IMG/VR virus record: IMGVR_UViG_3300044640_000771 | Reading direction: 5' to 3' (one strand) | DNA from: a virus | Lineage: Duplodnaviria; Heunggongvirae; Uroviricota; Caudoviricetes | DNA: 64,000 bases | Shown here: positions 34,106-45,000 of the stretch, piece by piece | Layout of the letters: each line of letters starts with the position of its first letter | Position numbering within the stretch: the stretch's first letter is position 1 | Program-made: the position numbers and the translations under genes | The notes under the pieces: generated by a model | Told to the model about the DNA's origin: nothing | Seen by the model: only the letters and a program-made list of their open reading frames with translations | The model's database searches: none

Positions 34106-34423
34106 TCATGTTTCCGCATCAGGGATTCTACTATCCCTTAGCATTTCTTCCAGTTCAGTAATACGCTGGCGCATATCATCCATGATTTTGTACGCTTCAG
34201 TAAGTTCTTTACGTACTGCGTGTAATTCACCGGCTAGAAGTTTGTTTTGTTCGATCAATGTAGTAAGTTGATCTGTTTGAAGCTTACTAATCGAAGTTAC
34301 TTGTGTTAAGTCTACGTCTTTCTTTTTGAGAAAGAATGAACCGATGAGAAACACAATCACAACGAAAGCTGTGGTTCCTTCTGGAACTCCCTTCATCAAT
34401 TCTAAAATGGCTGTCACTTCCAT
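34106..34423 (-). CDS. i-spanin-like protein (N-terminal TM plus coiled coil) or holin
   Basis: AFVVIVFLIGSFFL transmembrane segment followed by a long coiled coil. Confidence 0.4.
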   Translation of the reverse strand: MEVTAILELMKGVPEGTTAFVVIVFLIGSFFLKKKDVDLTQVTSISKLQTDQLTTLIEQNKLLAGELHAVRKELTEAYKIMDDMRQRITELEEMLRDSRIPDAET

Positions 34424-34833
34424 ACTAACCTCTGATTATTTACCAAGAATGCATAGAGATTAGCTATTCCCAGTGTGAACATTATCACATAATTAAATAC
34501 TGATATTGAATCTGAATGTACAATACCCAAATAAATCATTAGTCCACCCATGACAAGAGAAGCGTAAACCCTTAGAGGTTCAGCATTGTCTAATACCACG
34601 AGGGCTAATAGTTGTAAAAAACCAACGATGGCAGAAAATACTAGTACACTGGTATACTCAGTATGATCTGCACCGAAACCAAAGAACATTAATACTGCAC
34701 TAATGAATATCGCAATTGCACTAGCCAGTTCAACGATACGAGTATCGTCAGGTAATAGATTCTTCCATTTGCATGACATAAAATCCTCACACATCTCTGA
34801 GGTCAATCGGGAACTGCTTCCTGGATTTCTCAC
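34414..34833 (-). CDS. multi-pass membrane protein (holin candidate)
   Basis: 3-4 predicted transmembrane helices. Confidence 0.4.
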   Translation of the reverse strand: MRNPGSSSRLTSEMCEDFMSCKWKNLLPDDTRIVELASAIAIFISAVLMFFGFGADHTEYTSVLVFSAIVGFLQLLALVVLDNAEPLRVYASLVMGGLMIYLGIVHSDSISVFNYVIMFTLGIANLYAFLVNNQRLVWK

Positions 34834-35041
34834 TCAAGTATGACCCGAAGCAGTGGGCTTTGTCAAAGAACAGCAGGGCATCAATCAGTGGTCTAAAAAT
34901 CTTACCGAAGATTTTACCCTTTTGTTCAGCACGGTAAGCACGGCTAGATAATGTTTCATCTGCCATGCCACCGAGCAATGCATTGAATACCTGATCGATT
35001 GCTACAAGAATCTGTAGGAAGTAATCAAATATTCGTTTCAT
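34787..35041 (-). CDS. hypothetical protein
   Basis: 84 aa, overlaps its neighbour. Confidence 0.3.
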   Translation of the reverse strand: MKRIFDYFLQILVAIDQVFNALLGGMADETLSSRAYRAEQKGKIFGKIFRPLIDALLFFDKAHCFGSYLSEKSRKQFPIDLRDV

Positions 35042-35304
35042 TATGGTCTTTCGCTATCCAGGATAGGAGAAGTAAGGATTGAGTTTACATCAATTGCAAA
35101 CCCCGCGTCAACAATCATCTGCAGAGCAACAGGGAGGTCAGGGCGATCCAGATCAATGAAAGTCCTTACTGAACAATCCTTGATTAGAGCCTGTACACCT
35201 ACGTTAGTTGAAGCAAGGATCGGATACTTGAAAGCACCGAATCTATCGAAGAAAGAACCTACGGATAGGTGCTTTGGTTTTACTGGTTCTACACAAATAA
35301 ACAT
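35041..35304 (-). CDS. hypothetical protein (possible fibre assembly/chaperone)
   Basis: 87 aa immediately downstream of the tail-fibre gene. Confidence 0.3.
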   Translation of the reverse strand: MFICVEPVKPKHLSVGSFFDRFGAFKYPILASTNVGVQALIKDCSVRTFIDLDRPDLPVALQMIVDAGFAIDVNSILTSPILDSERP

Positions 35305-36635
35305 TATAAAATCCTCGTATAAGCTGGAATAGCGTAGTTCGCACTGATTCCTGGATTGCCAAAAAATCTAATACCAATAGATCCGATCCAGTCGGGATTA
35401 GTTTGCCACACATCATTTGTAACATCAGCAACAGTAACTAGTCCAGATTCATTCATGAATACATTGACAATCTTGTTGTTAGCAAAAAGAAGCGTACCGC
35501 TCGATCTCACGTTCGGCTGTGGCAAAGTCGAGGCATCCGCACGATATGAAAACGTAGGAGTCCAAGTAACTCCACCATCGGTTGAACGAAGATAGAACGT
35601 ACCGTACATACTTTCAGATACTGTGTACAGGAATCTTGCATTAACTGGATCATACATAATCCGATTCTGCCCGGTAATACTTGGATAAAAACTATTCATG
35701 TTAATCACCGTCCAGTTTGCTCCATCGGTTGTTCTACGAATCTTTCCATTCTCCCCGGAAATAATCGTGACAGTCGGTGAACTTGCGATATAACCTTTTG
35801 AAGCAGCGCTCATTAGGGAGGTGTTAATACTGAACGAAGTATCATTATTCCATACCCCAGTATGTGTAAAACCGTCTGTTGTACGATTCATTGATACTGA
35901 ATTGGATTGCTGTTGACCAAGAACAAAGAAAGCATTAGCACAAGGACTCCAGAAAATACAATACATGGTGAAATTATTACCACCACTGATTGTTCTAGCG
36001 GTCCAAGCCGTTCCGTTTACTGAGGTGTATACTGCCCCGTTTGTACCGGCTTGTGTTCCTTCAATACGTGTTGCCACGATGTAGTTTTCAGCGGTATTCA
36101 CTGCTAAACTATTATGTGAAAATTGGGTATTACTAACGCCGTCCCAACCAGTTGACCCAGCGGTCTTATATCGAATCGTAAGCTGATTGGTGCTATCGCT
36201 ACATACTGAAACAATTGTGGTCCCAATCTTTGCAAAGTCGGTGGCGTAACCCATCACGGAAGGATTTGTCACAGCATTCCACACTACTAAATTGCTTGAA
36301 TACCACGCATATGTAGTGTTATTTGTAGTATGTGAAAGAGCTAGAACATAATTCGTACCATCATGAAAAAGACGGATACCTCCTTGAGTAAAAGTTGCTC
36401 CCGTCATTGCTGTAGTTGTGGCAAGGGGTGTGAAATCAATAAAACTACCTTGTGGCATTACTGTTTTAAATGAATCATACTTCGCTTCATATGCCTTAAG
36501 GAATCCTGTTCTTAAATACTCTTTTGATGAAACTGTAAAGAAAGGTGCCGCGCCGTCCATTGGAATCGCTTGACCCAACTCAATTCCGCCTCCACCCATA
36601 AATTGACTTAGTACACTCATTATGTAATTCTCCAT
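35304..36635 (-). CDS. tail fibre distal / receptor-binding protein with BNR (Asp-box) sialidase-like repeats
   Basis: Asp-box S-x-D-x-G-x-T-W repeats: TSVNGTAWT, RTTDGANWT, RSTDGGVTWT. Gly/Thr/Ser/Asn-rich, beta-propeller-like. Confidence 0.6.
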   Translation of the reverse strand: MENYIMSVLSQFMGGGGIELGQAIPMDGAAPFFTVSSKEYLRTGFLKAYEAKYDSFKTVMPQGSFIDFTPLATTTAMTGATFTQGGIRLFHDGTNYVLALSHTTNNTTYAWYSSNLVVWNAVTNPSVMGYATDFAKIGTTIVSVCSDSTNQLTIRYKTAGSTGWDGVSNTQFSHNSLAVNTAENYIVATRIEGTQAGTNGAVYTSVNGTAWTARTISGGNNFTMYCIFWSPCANAFFVLGQQQSNSVSMNRTTDGFTHTGVWNNDTSFSINTSLMSAASKGYIASSPTVTIISGENGKIRRTTDGANWTVINMNSFYPSITGQNRIMYDPVNARFLYTVSESMYGTFYLRSTDGGVTWTPTFSYRADASTLPQPNVRSSGTLLFANNKIVNVFMNESGLVTVADVTNDVWQTNPDWIGSIGIRFFGNPGISANYAIPAYTRIL

Positions 36636-37285
36636 GTGTTATTTAGATACTCAAACGTAGCCGTAGCATTCTTGTTATCAAGTCTGCAATTCTCAGGAAT
36701 ACCCATAATTGTTGCTGTACCACGAAGGACATTATTGGTATCTCTGTTATTCGCTACCGTAATTCTAACCTTCATATAGTTTGAAGGAGTAGGCAATGTT
36801 ACGTTTACATCACCAGCACCTGTTAGAATATAGTGCCAGTTATGCAGAGCAGTAAATGCCAAAGAACTTGTAGTTTCCTTAGCAATTTCACCGTTCAATA
36901 GTTCCCAGGCTGTTGTCAGCGCAGGATCAACTACGGAACCAGTGATATTAGACTTTGCCCTATACGTTAGGAAGCTAGTAGGACTCCAAGTACACTGACC
37001 TTCCGTGTAGTTAGTTCCAGAGACCCACTTAGGAGCGCTTGAAGCATTGCTGGCGGATACCGCACTAGCTTGTGCAGCGTTTGCACTTGCTTGAGCATTG
37101 TTTGCATATGTCAGTGCAGCATCTTCACTATCTGCCGCTGCGATTTGACTGTTGTTTACATCTGTCGCCAAAGAGTTTGCTTCGGTTGCAAATGTAGGTA
37201 ATGCGCTAAGGAAAGCGTCTGCTTCGTTAGCAAACGCAGAAGGATTCGACCTACTTGGTGGGGTCGGTAGGGCACTTATCGGCAT
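36620..37285 (-). CDS. tail fibre protein (proximal part)
   Basis: Ala/Ser/Asn-rich N-terminus (AANNAQASANAAQASAVSASNASSAP) typical of fibre shafts. Adjacent to the distal fibre. Confidence 0.5.
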   Translation of the reverse strand: MPISALPTPPSRSNPSAFANEADAFLSALPTFATEANSLATDVNNSQIAAADSEDAALTYANNAQASANAAQASAVSASNASSAPKWVSGTNYTEGQCTWSPTSFLTYRAKSNITGSVVDPALTTAWELLNGEIAKETTSSLAFTALHNWHYILTGAGDVNVTLPTPSNYMKVRITVANNRDTNNVLRGTATIMGIPENCRLDNKNATATFEYLNNTWRIT

Positions 37286-38139
37286 GTTGACTCCTTAACG
37301 GGGTATCCCGCATTATCTTCATTTAATTTGTTAATCTCCATATTCCTTCTTTCCGTTGCAAGCTTTAAGGCTTCAGATTCACCTAATTTCTTGCAGCTAA
37401 ATCTAACTGTGTGTTGCTTTCTATTCAAATCGTACCAAGTGGCGCAATAGTAATCTAAGGTTCCTGTCCTACTACCGTTTGGCACAGTAATTTTTACGAC
37501 TCCAATGGAATCGTTATTTATGTGCTTATTAGTTTTTCTGGAATTAAGAGCAGGCGTAGATAGTTCAAGATTTGATAGTGAATTATTAAAAGGATTAGTA
37601 TCTATATGATTTACAATCCATTTTTCATTGAAGTCTTGGTTTGAAATCGCCATGATAACTCTGTGACAATAATACGTTCTACCTTTCAACACGATTCGCC
37701 AGCACTTCGGTTTCCCGTTGGTACGAAAATACTTGTTTCCCGCTACACCATCTTTTCTTGCACTCAACACGTTATTTTTGGTTCCAGAATAAATATCTAC
37801 TTTCCAGCGCAACCCAGAAGGACTACTTTCATCGATGTAAAAATATTTACTAAATTCTTCTGGGCAAATAATCTTGGTTTCCATAGAAAGTTTACTATTA
37901 ACCAGTTTCCAATCAACAGGAGGATTATCTATTAGTTTTCTCTCGATTGAAAGTGCTTCCTCTTCACTCACATTCTCGACATATTTCTCGATTAGATAAC
38001 CACCTGATTCCGAAACAATACTATTCCATTTGACGCTTCTGTTATGCTTTGTAATCAACCTATTCCCAACACCCTTACCAACGTAAAAAACTTCATTGGT
38101 ATCTTTTCTTCGGTGGAGATAAACATAATAATCGTTCAT
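37276..38139 (-). CDS. chimeric homing endonuclease: N-terminal GIY-YIG plus HNH_3/AP2-like region
   Basis: YVYLHRRKDTNEVFYVGKG GIY-YIG motif, then SPSGLRWKVD...HRVIMA...NHIDTNPFNNSLSNLEL and IGVVKITV, as in the HNH_3/AP2 ORFs at 727 and 9938. Confidence 0.7.
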   Translation of the reverse strand: MNDYYVYLHRRKDTNEVFYVGKGVGNRLITKHNRSVKWNSIVSESGGYLIEKYVENVSEEEALSIERKLIDNPPVDWKLVNSKLSMETKIICPEEFSKYFYIDESSPSGLRWKVDIYSGTKNNVLSARKDGVAGNKYFRTNGKPKCWRIVLKGRTYYCHRVIMAISNQDFNEKWIVNHIDTNPFNNSLSNLELSTPALNSRKTNKHINNDSIGVVKITVPNGSRTGTLDYYCATWYDLNRKQHTVRFSCKKLGESEALKLATERRNMEINKLNEDNAGYPVKESTCR

Positions 38140-39035
38140 ACCAAGCCTTCGATTTCAATACTATACAAAGCGTATTCTGGATATGAAATGTCCATGTCAA
38201 ACGATTTATAGAATCCATACACAATCAAAGCTTCTTCATATGTCGGATTATCTGAAGCAATCCAAACTGAAGGAGAAGCACGAAGTGAATATAGTAACTG
38301 TTGTACTCGATTTAGTTGTGGATTCTTCACAATAACCTGAGTACTTAATCTCTTGCTGTATGCTCTTTCAACGAAAGTAACCGTACCGAAATCGTCAGTA
38401 TTCTTCTTAGAGAAGTCGATGATACCAGCGGTTGCTCCAAATTGAGTCATACCAATTTCTGTTAGTGTTCCGAAGATACATTCACCTACGGAAATATTTG
38501 TACTTGATGTAAATTCCAAAGTAATATGGCAGTTCACATACGGAGGGATGTTTGAGAATACTAACTGAGTACGTTTCAGCAGAGGATCGTAGAAGAAGTA
38601 CTGATACCAGTCAGTAACCGTAGCTCCACTCAAACCACCTGTGTATTCATATACGATAGGGCCACCGGCACCATTCCGTACAGTTAGTTTCGCAACATCT
38701 GCGTTTAAGTTAATCAATGCAAGCGAATCAATCGCTGCACCCGGTGAAATTACCACCGTCAAAGTTGTACCTGCTGTTGTAGCTGCCGAAATCGTTCTAT
38801 CGAACATGGCATATCTATTTGCAGGACCGTAATCTGACCACCATGCTGCATTAGCAAGTAAGTCAGGTTGTTTATTCGTGTTGGCGGCTTGTAGGCTGAT
38901 ATATAACCTAGTACCGTAAACTACAATGGCATCCTTTGCATACGTTGTAGCAGAAGACCATGTAGGGTTAGATTCACTAGCAGTAGATGATAACAACATG
39001 CTAGATTGAAATGCTTTTGGACTAATAACCTTCAT
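38136..39035 (-). CDS. tail protein downstream of TMP (distal tail protein / Dit-like candidate)
   Basis: 299 aa, beta-rich, first gene after the tape measure protein. Confidence 0.4.
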   Translation of the reverse strand: MKVISPKAFQSSMLLSSTASESNPTWSSATTYAKDAIVVYGTRLYISLQAANTNKQPDLLANAAWWSDYGPANRYAMFDRTISAATTAGTTLTVVISPGAAIDSLALINLNADVAKLTVRNGAGGPIVYEYTGGLSGATVTDWYQYFFYDPLLKRTQLVFSNIPPYVNCHITLEFTSSTNISVGECIFGTLTEIGMTQFGATAGIIDFSKKNTDDFGTVTFVERAYSKRLSTQVIVKNPQLNRVQQLLYSLRASPSVWIASDNPTYEEALIVYGFYKSFDMDISYPEYALYSIEIEGLV

Positions 39036-39080
39036 GTATATCCATCTAAAGAAAGAGGGGAGTATTTCATCCCCTCATTG

Positions 39081-42000
39081 TTAAACAACAGTTCTAGTTG
39101 CAACAGCATCACCGTCAGGTGTTACTCGTTCTAGAATCTTAGCTACCTTGCTTGTGTGAGTTACCCCAGCACGAACTTCGTAACGTAGACCTTCGATATT
39201 TGCGTTTAGTTTCTCAACCAAAGCTTCTAGATTAGAACCAGAACCTAGCATTCCAGCAGTAGTCTTAGCATCGTAAACACGACCTGATGAATTGAAGTTA
39301 ATCAACTCTGGACCGTTTTCACCTACAAGAGCAATACCACCAGCGTAGTTTCCTCCATCTGCGTAAGCAGGGATTGCTAGACCGTAGTTAGTATTGATTC
39401 TTGTACCTGTAGCTTCTAGACTTGCAGCTGTCAGCATTTGGATTCTGCGGAGTTCAATCATGCTTCTGGCTTGTTCACCAGCAATATCCAACAAAGCTCT
39501 ACTCAATTCTGGTAGGGACTTTGCTGCTTCTTGATCACCGTTTAGAGCCCTTACGGTTGCACTATCAAATGCAGACTGAGCTTGTGCTAGACTATTCGGA
39601 CCTTCGCCGGCTACTAGACCACGAATGCGCGCAAATTCTTCGAAGATAGAATCTGTAATAGATTTCCATGCGTCTTTGATTTGCTGCGCTGCTCTTGCTG
39701 CTTCTTCAGCGGCTTGTGCTTGTGCTCTTGCTGCTTCTTCAGCGGCTTGTGCTTGTGCTCTAGCTGCTTCCTCTGCTGCTTGCGCAGCAATCTTGTCGGC
39801 TTCAATCTTGTCTTCAATTGCCCAAATCTGTTTCTGTGCTTCGCGGTTAGCTGGATCAACCAAAGCTAATTCACGTTCACGAAGAGTCTTAGTATCACCA
39901 AGTAATTGCAGTCGCTTAGTTTCCAGGTTGTATGCTTCAGATTCAACTTGCTTCTTCTTATCAGCGGCTTCAGCTGCAGCTTTCTGTGAAGCTTCCACTT
40001 CCCAAATCTGCTTTTGAATACGTTGACTTTCAGCATCAGCTAGTTTGTCAAGAATAGCTTGTTGCTTATCTGCTGCACTCGCTGTTAACTGGAACAATTG
40101 ATCTTGCAGAGATTGTCTCTGAGCAATCAACTTATCTTCAGCGGCTTTCAATTCTTCAGTCTTCTTGGCAGCTTCTTCAAGCGACCAGATTAGTTTCTGA
40201 AGTTCTTGATTTGCAGGACTCATTGTTGCCAGTTCTTTTGCACGAATCTCTGCTGTACTGTGAGTCAGTTTGAATAACTCATCTTCCAGTTTGTTTCGTA
40301 CATTCAGATCGGCAATTTGAGCCTTCATAGCCTGATTCATGTCGTAAGCTGCAATCTCCAGTTCTGTCATACCTTCGATAGCAAGAAGTCGAGTAGCTGC
40401 ATTAGCTTCGGCAGTCTTGCCTTGAAGTTCTAGTAACTGAATAGCAAGTTGCCTACCTTCGTCTTTCATGTTAGCTAGACTCTCAGCAATATCTTGTGCA
40501 GTACGCCCTGTAGCTTCCGCCCAAGGGTTTAGTTCTGCAAAGGCACCACTCAGCATCATTAGTTTAGCAGCGAGGTCTTCGTTACCAGCAGCAAGAGCCT
40601 TCTCTACTTCTACTCTGTACTTTAGTCTGTCGGCAGGAACCGCAATTCCTAGCTTCTCAAACTCTTTAGACAAAGCAGCAGTAGCAGCATTAGCTTTCTC
40701 ACTGTCGTTATAGAAGTTCTGATAGAAACCACTAGCAACACCAGATAGATTCTCGATACTACCGAAAGCACCCAGTAATGAACTTACCGCTTCACCAGTT
40801 AGGTTAGCGAACATTGGCATTACTGAACCTAGATTCTCTAGAGCATTCTGAGTAGCGTTGATTCTGTCAACTACAGCACCAAGTTGTTCAACAGTAGGAG
40901 CATCGCCCAAACTATCCAACATACTAGTTGCCCACTCAGGTAATCCAATAGATTCCAGAGCTTTCTTAACGTCAGCAGCTACAGCAGCATTGAATTCCTT
41001 TAGACCGGCTTCACCGTCTGAGAATGACTTCCCAGGCCAGCGACCGTTACCTTCAGAACCGAATCCTGCTAGGTTTTCACCTAGCTTACCAATCATTAGA
41101 GAACCCCAAGCGCCATCCTTAGACGAATCATCTGCGAATGCTACAGCGGCTTCATAACCAGCAGTCTTACCGAAGTTCAAAGCCGTTTGATCTAGAATAT
41201 CAACGATACCCTTAGACATTGCAGCCATTGAAGTTTCTACATCCTTGCTGTAGAATCCCTTATCGGAACCTACACCGTAGACTCCCATACCTGTCTTTGA
41301 ACCAGAACCAGCACTGTAGGAAGCGCTAGCACCAGTATGCGGTGTACCAGAGTCATCTAGTTTCTTGTAGATTGCGTAAAGTGCAAGAGCAGCAGCGATA
41401 TAAGGAGCAGCAGCACCTAATTGCATAGCAATTCCGTTAGCACCACCAACCGCAGAACCTGCTGTCATACCTGCGCTCATTCCTGTACCGGCTACAGTGT
41501 TCATCGCTCCAGTAGCAAAGTATGATCCCATAGAAGACATACTTACACCAGAACCTAGTACTGAACCAAGCATACCACTGCCTGCAGAACCAGCAGCGGA
41601 CCCAGTTGCACTTCCTGTAACGTTTCCGAGTACAGAGTTTACAAATCCACCAGTGATATCCTTAACTACAGCGTTTACAAATAGTGTAATAGGCTTACGT
41701 AGTTCAGCGACAATTACATCGCGTAACTTCTTCTTACCAGCTTTACCACCTTCGAACAATGCTGTTACGATTGCGTCTGAGATTCCATCTTGAATTCTGT
41801 TAAATTCTTTCATGAAATCTTCTGCTGCTGATACTGCGACTTCCCGATTTGCAACTAATTGCTTTTCTTTACGAACGCGATCAGCATCTGAAACAGCTTT
41901 TAGATAACCTTCAATATCGAACTCAGCACCTTCAGTATTACCTTGAGCATCGACAAATTTCTTCCAAATTCGCATCTGTTCGATTGCAAACTCAGCGTCG

Positions 42001-45000
42001 GCTTGACGAATCTTTGCTTGACGAGTTACTTCACGAGTGATAACTTTTGTCTGCTCTTCGGTCTTACCTAGTACTTGCATTCTAAGATTCAGACTGTCGT
42101 TTTCTTTGTTGATTGATTCAACTTGCTTTTCGTAATCTAGAGCTAGAGAACTTCTCAGTTCGTAAATCTTATCTTCATACTTCAGAAGTTCTTTCTTTAG
42201 TCTAAGTTCTTCTTTTTGGAAAGCCTGTAGTTTCTCGGCGTTAACAGCTTTGTCTCTTTCCAGAGCAAGTTCTTCCTGTCTTTTGCTTGAGAACTTATCC
42301 CAGTTACTAGACGCTTTGATTTCATTGTAAGCAATTTCAGCTTTAGTAAGTTCTCTTGTCTTACCTGCAGCTTCTTCTCTTAGAGTAATAAACCTCTGAA
42401 TTGCAGCGTTGTAAGCATTATCGATCTTAAGTTGCTCTTTGGCACCGTCTTTAGCCGTCTTAGTTTTCTTCCACTCTAACTCAGCTAACTTTTCAAGGTC
42501 TTTCATTTGAACTTGATTCAGCGCTGTTTGATTACCAACAATCTTCGCTTCTTCTAGTTTTTTATCAATGAATTTCTGGACGAACTCTGTACGAGTCATT
42601 TCCTTCATTGTCAACTTATCAAGATCATCTTGAATAGATTTATTCAATCTTCTGGTAGCTTCAGTTGCACGAGCTTGAGCAGCTTGTGTAGCCATCATGT
42701 CTTTATCAGCTTCTTCTTGAAGAATCTTATAATTCAACTGATCACGAAGAATTTGAAGCTTTTCTTTGTCGGCAGCTAAAGCTTGCTTGTTAACAGGACC
42801 GAAACTATTTTCACGCCCTGCGATTCTTTCTTGTAAAGCTGCAATATCCTTTTCAAGTTTCTGAGTAGCGTTTGGATTGTAAATCAAACTCTTGATTCCA
42901 GACCATAAATCAGAGAAAGCCTTTCCTGTTTCAACAAGAATTGTACCAAGCGTACTATAATCTTGTTTCATTCGATCAACAGCTACCTGATTAACTCTTG
43001 CGGCTTCATTCATTGCAATTGTCTGAGCTTCTGTCTTGCGTCCGGAATCCTCCATTTGAATAGCCATCTGAAGGGTTTCTTGTGATACCATACCCGTAGC
43101 TTTTGCCAATTCAATTAGAGCCTCTACAGGTTCCTTTTTGAACTTGGCAAAAGATTTGACAGCATCTTCGGCGGAAATGCCAAGTTGTTCAGACATTTGC
43201 TTTGCGACTGGAACTAGAAGTTGCAGTTCTTGCTTAGTAAAATTACCCGCTTTAGCAAATTCAGTTATGTACTGAACCGCTGAACTTACGTTCATTCCAA
43301 CTTGTTCAAAACTAGCCGCAAAATCAATCGCTGCATTTTTAGTAAGACCGAGTGATCCACCAGTCAGAATAAGTGCTTTACTTAGTTCATCAGCTTCTTT
43401 AGATGCCTTGAAAAAAGCAACACCGTATGCTAAACTGAAAGCACCGAAAGCTAGAGTAATGGCAGTCACTGTTGTTGTCATCACAGCAATGATACCATTC
43501 ATTACTGTCAGAGCACCTGTTGTTTTACCACTGATCGCTTCTGCAAGTTCTAGTTCGGTTCTCCATCTGCGAATCGCATCACCGCCAAACGGACCTGAGA
43601 ATCTAGCACCCAAATTACCAACTGCGTCATACAGAGACTTAAATGCACCACCAACGAAAATACCGATGTTTTTACCAGTATCGATAAATGACTCCGCAAT
43701 CATTGCTGCAGCAACTCTCATTGCCGCGCCAGTATCTACCGCATCTTTCTTTGCGAGTTGGAATGCAGCTCTCAACTGGTCACCCTGCTGGATCATGATC
43801 ATGAAAGGATTCATACCACCAGCAAGAGAAACAGCAACGTCACCCATTTGAACAGATACTGCTCTAGCTAGGTTACGAAGGTCTTTATCCATTTCTTCGT
43901 TAGTCTTTTTCTGACCTGCAATGATTGTACTGCGATACTTTTCCATCATAGCAGTTGCTTCATCACCAGAAATACCAGCTTTACGAAGTTGCTCACTAAA
44001 TCTAAAAAGACGGTTTGATGATGAAACTTTCAATTCATCATTAAAACCTACAAGTGCATTATCTGCTCTTCGAATTTCACGGTCTAACCATTCAGCAGCC
44101 TTGGCAGCTTCACTCATCGCACCTGACTGCTTTACACTTGAACCTGTAACATTCTGCTTTGCAGCAGCTAGTTGCTTTTCAGCAGCAATCAGTTTCTCGA
44201 TATTAGCCAGTTCAACACCAGATGCAGCCATGTCGGTACGCTTTGTAGCTTCACCTTGAGACATACCACCGGCAACTAGCTTGGAAATCTTAGCCAATCT
44301 TTCAGCTGAGTCGATAGCGGCTTGGTTTGCGTCGATAATCTTTTGTGAAGCACGAGCAGCAGCATCGGCCTTCTCTTGTTCCAGCTTACGGAACTGAGCA
44401 ACTGCAGTATCCATCATAGTGATGTTTTCAGCAAGTTGTTTGTTCTGTAGCTTGTTTTGCTTTTCTAGTTCCTTGGCTGCAGCAACGTAGTTATTTACGC
44501 TACCTGCTACCTGTAGATATTCTCTTTCCAGTTTTGCCAAAGCAGCAGCAATAGCTTCCTGGGAAGACCCTTGTTGCTTCATTGAGTCTGACAAACGAAT
44601 CTGATCACGAGTCAACAGTCTAACTTGTTCGCTTGTTAGGTTGAAACCCTTAGCCAAATACTCTGCAGCATTTGACATTTCCATAGCTTTCTGCTTCAGT
44701 TGACCTAATCCAGATGCGCTTTGGTCAAAAGGATTCTTACCTGTTACCTTACTGATATCTTTAAATACATTAGCAAGTGCTTGCAGTTGATCAGAAGTAG
44801 CTCCTGCAGCAGTAGCAGTAGCCATCATTCCGGCTTGGCTCTTTGTGAACCCGTCTTCAATATACTTCTGATCGTTACGTAGGAACTTCAACACATCTGA
44901 TTGGTGTTGAATCATCTTGGATACTCGATCCAGATTCTTCGGTAGATCACCAGCGAGAGGTTTATTCAGTCTTTCAGCACCTTGTGCAGCTTCCTCTAGT

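Noticed and set aside
39688-39786. Possible CRISPR-like array
   Set aside because: The repeats are perfectly tandem with no spacers and are in-frame within the TMP coding sequence. This is a protein repeat, not a CRISPR array.
39422-44259. Several + strand ORFs rich in Ala/Ser/Leu (for example 39625-40017 and 43408-43851)
   Set aside because: They are shadow ORFs antisense to the tape measure gene, produced by its GC-skewed, repetitive, coiled-coil codon usage.
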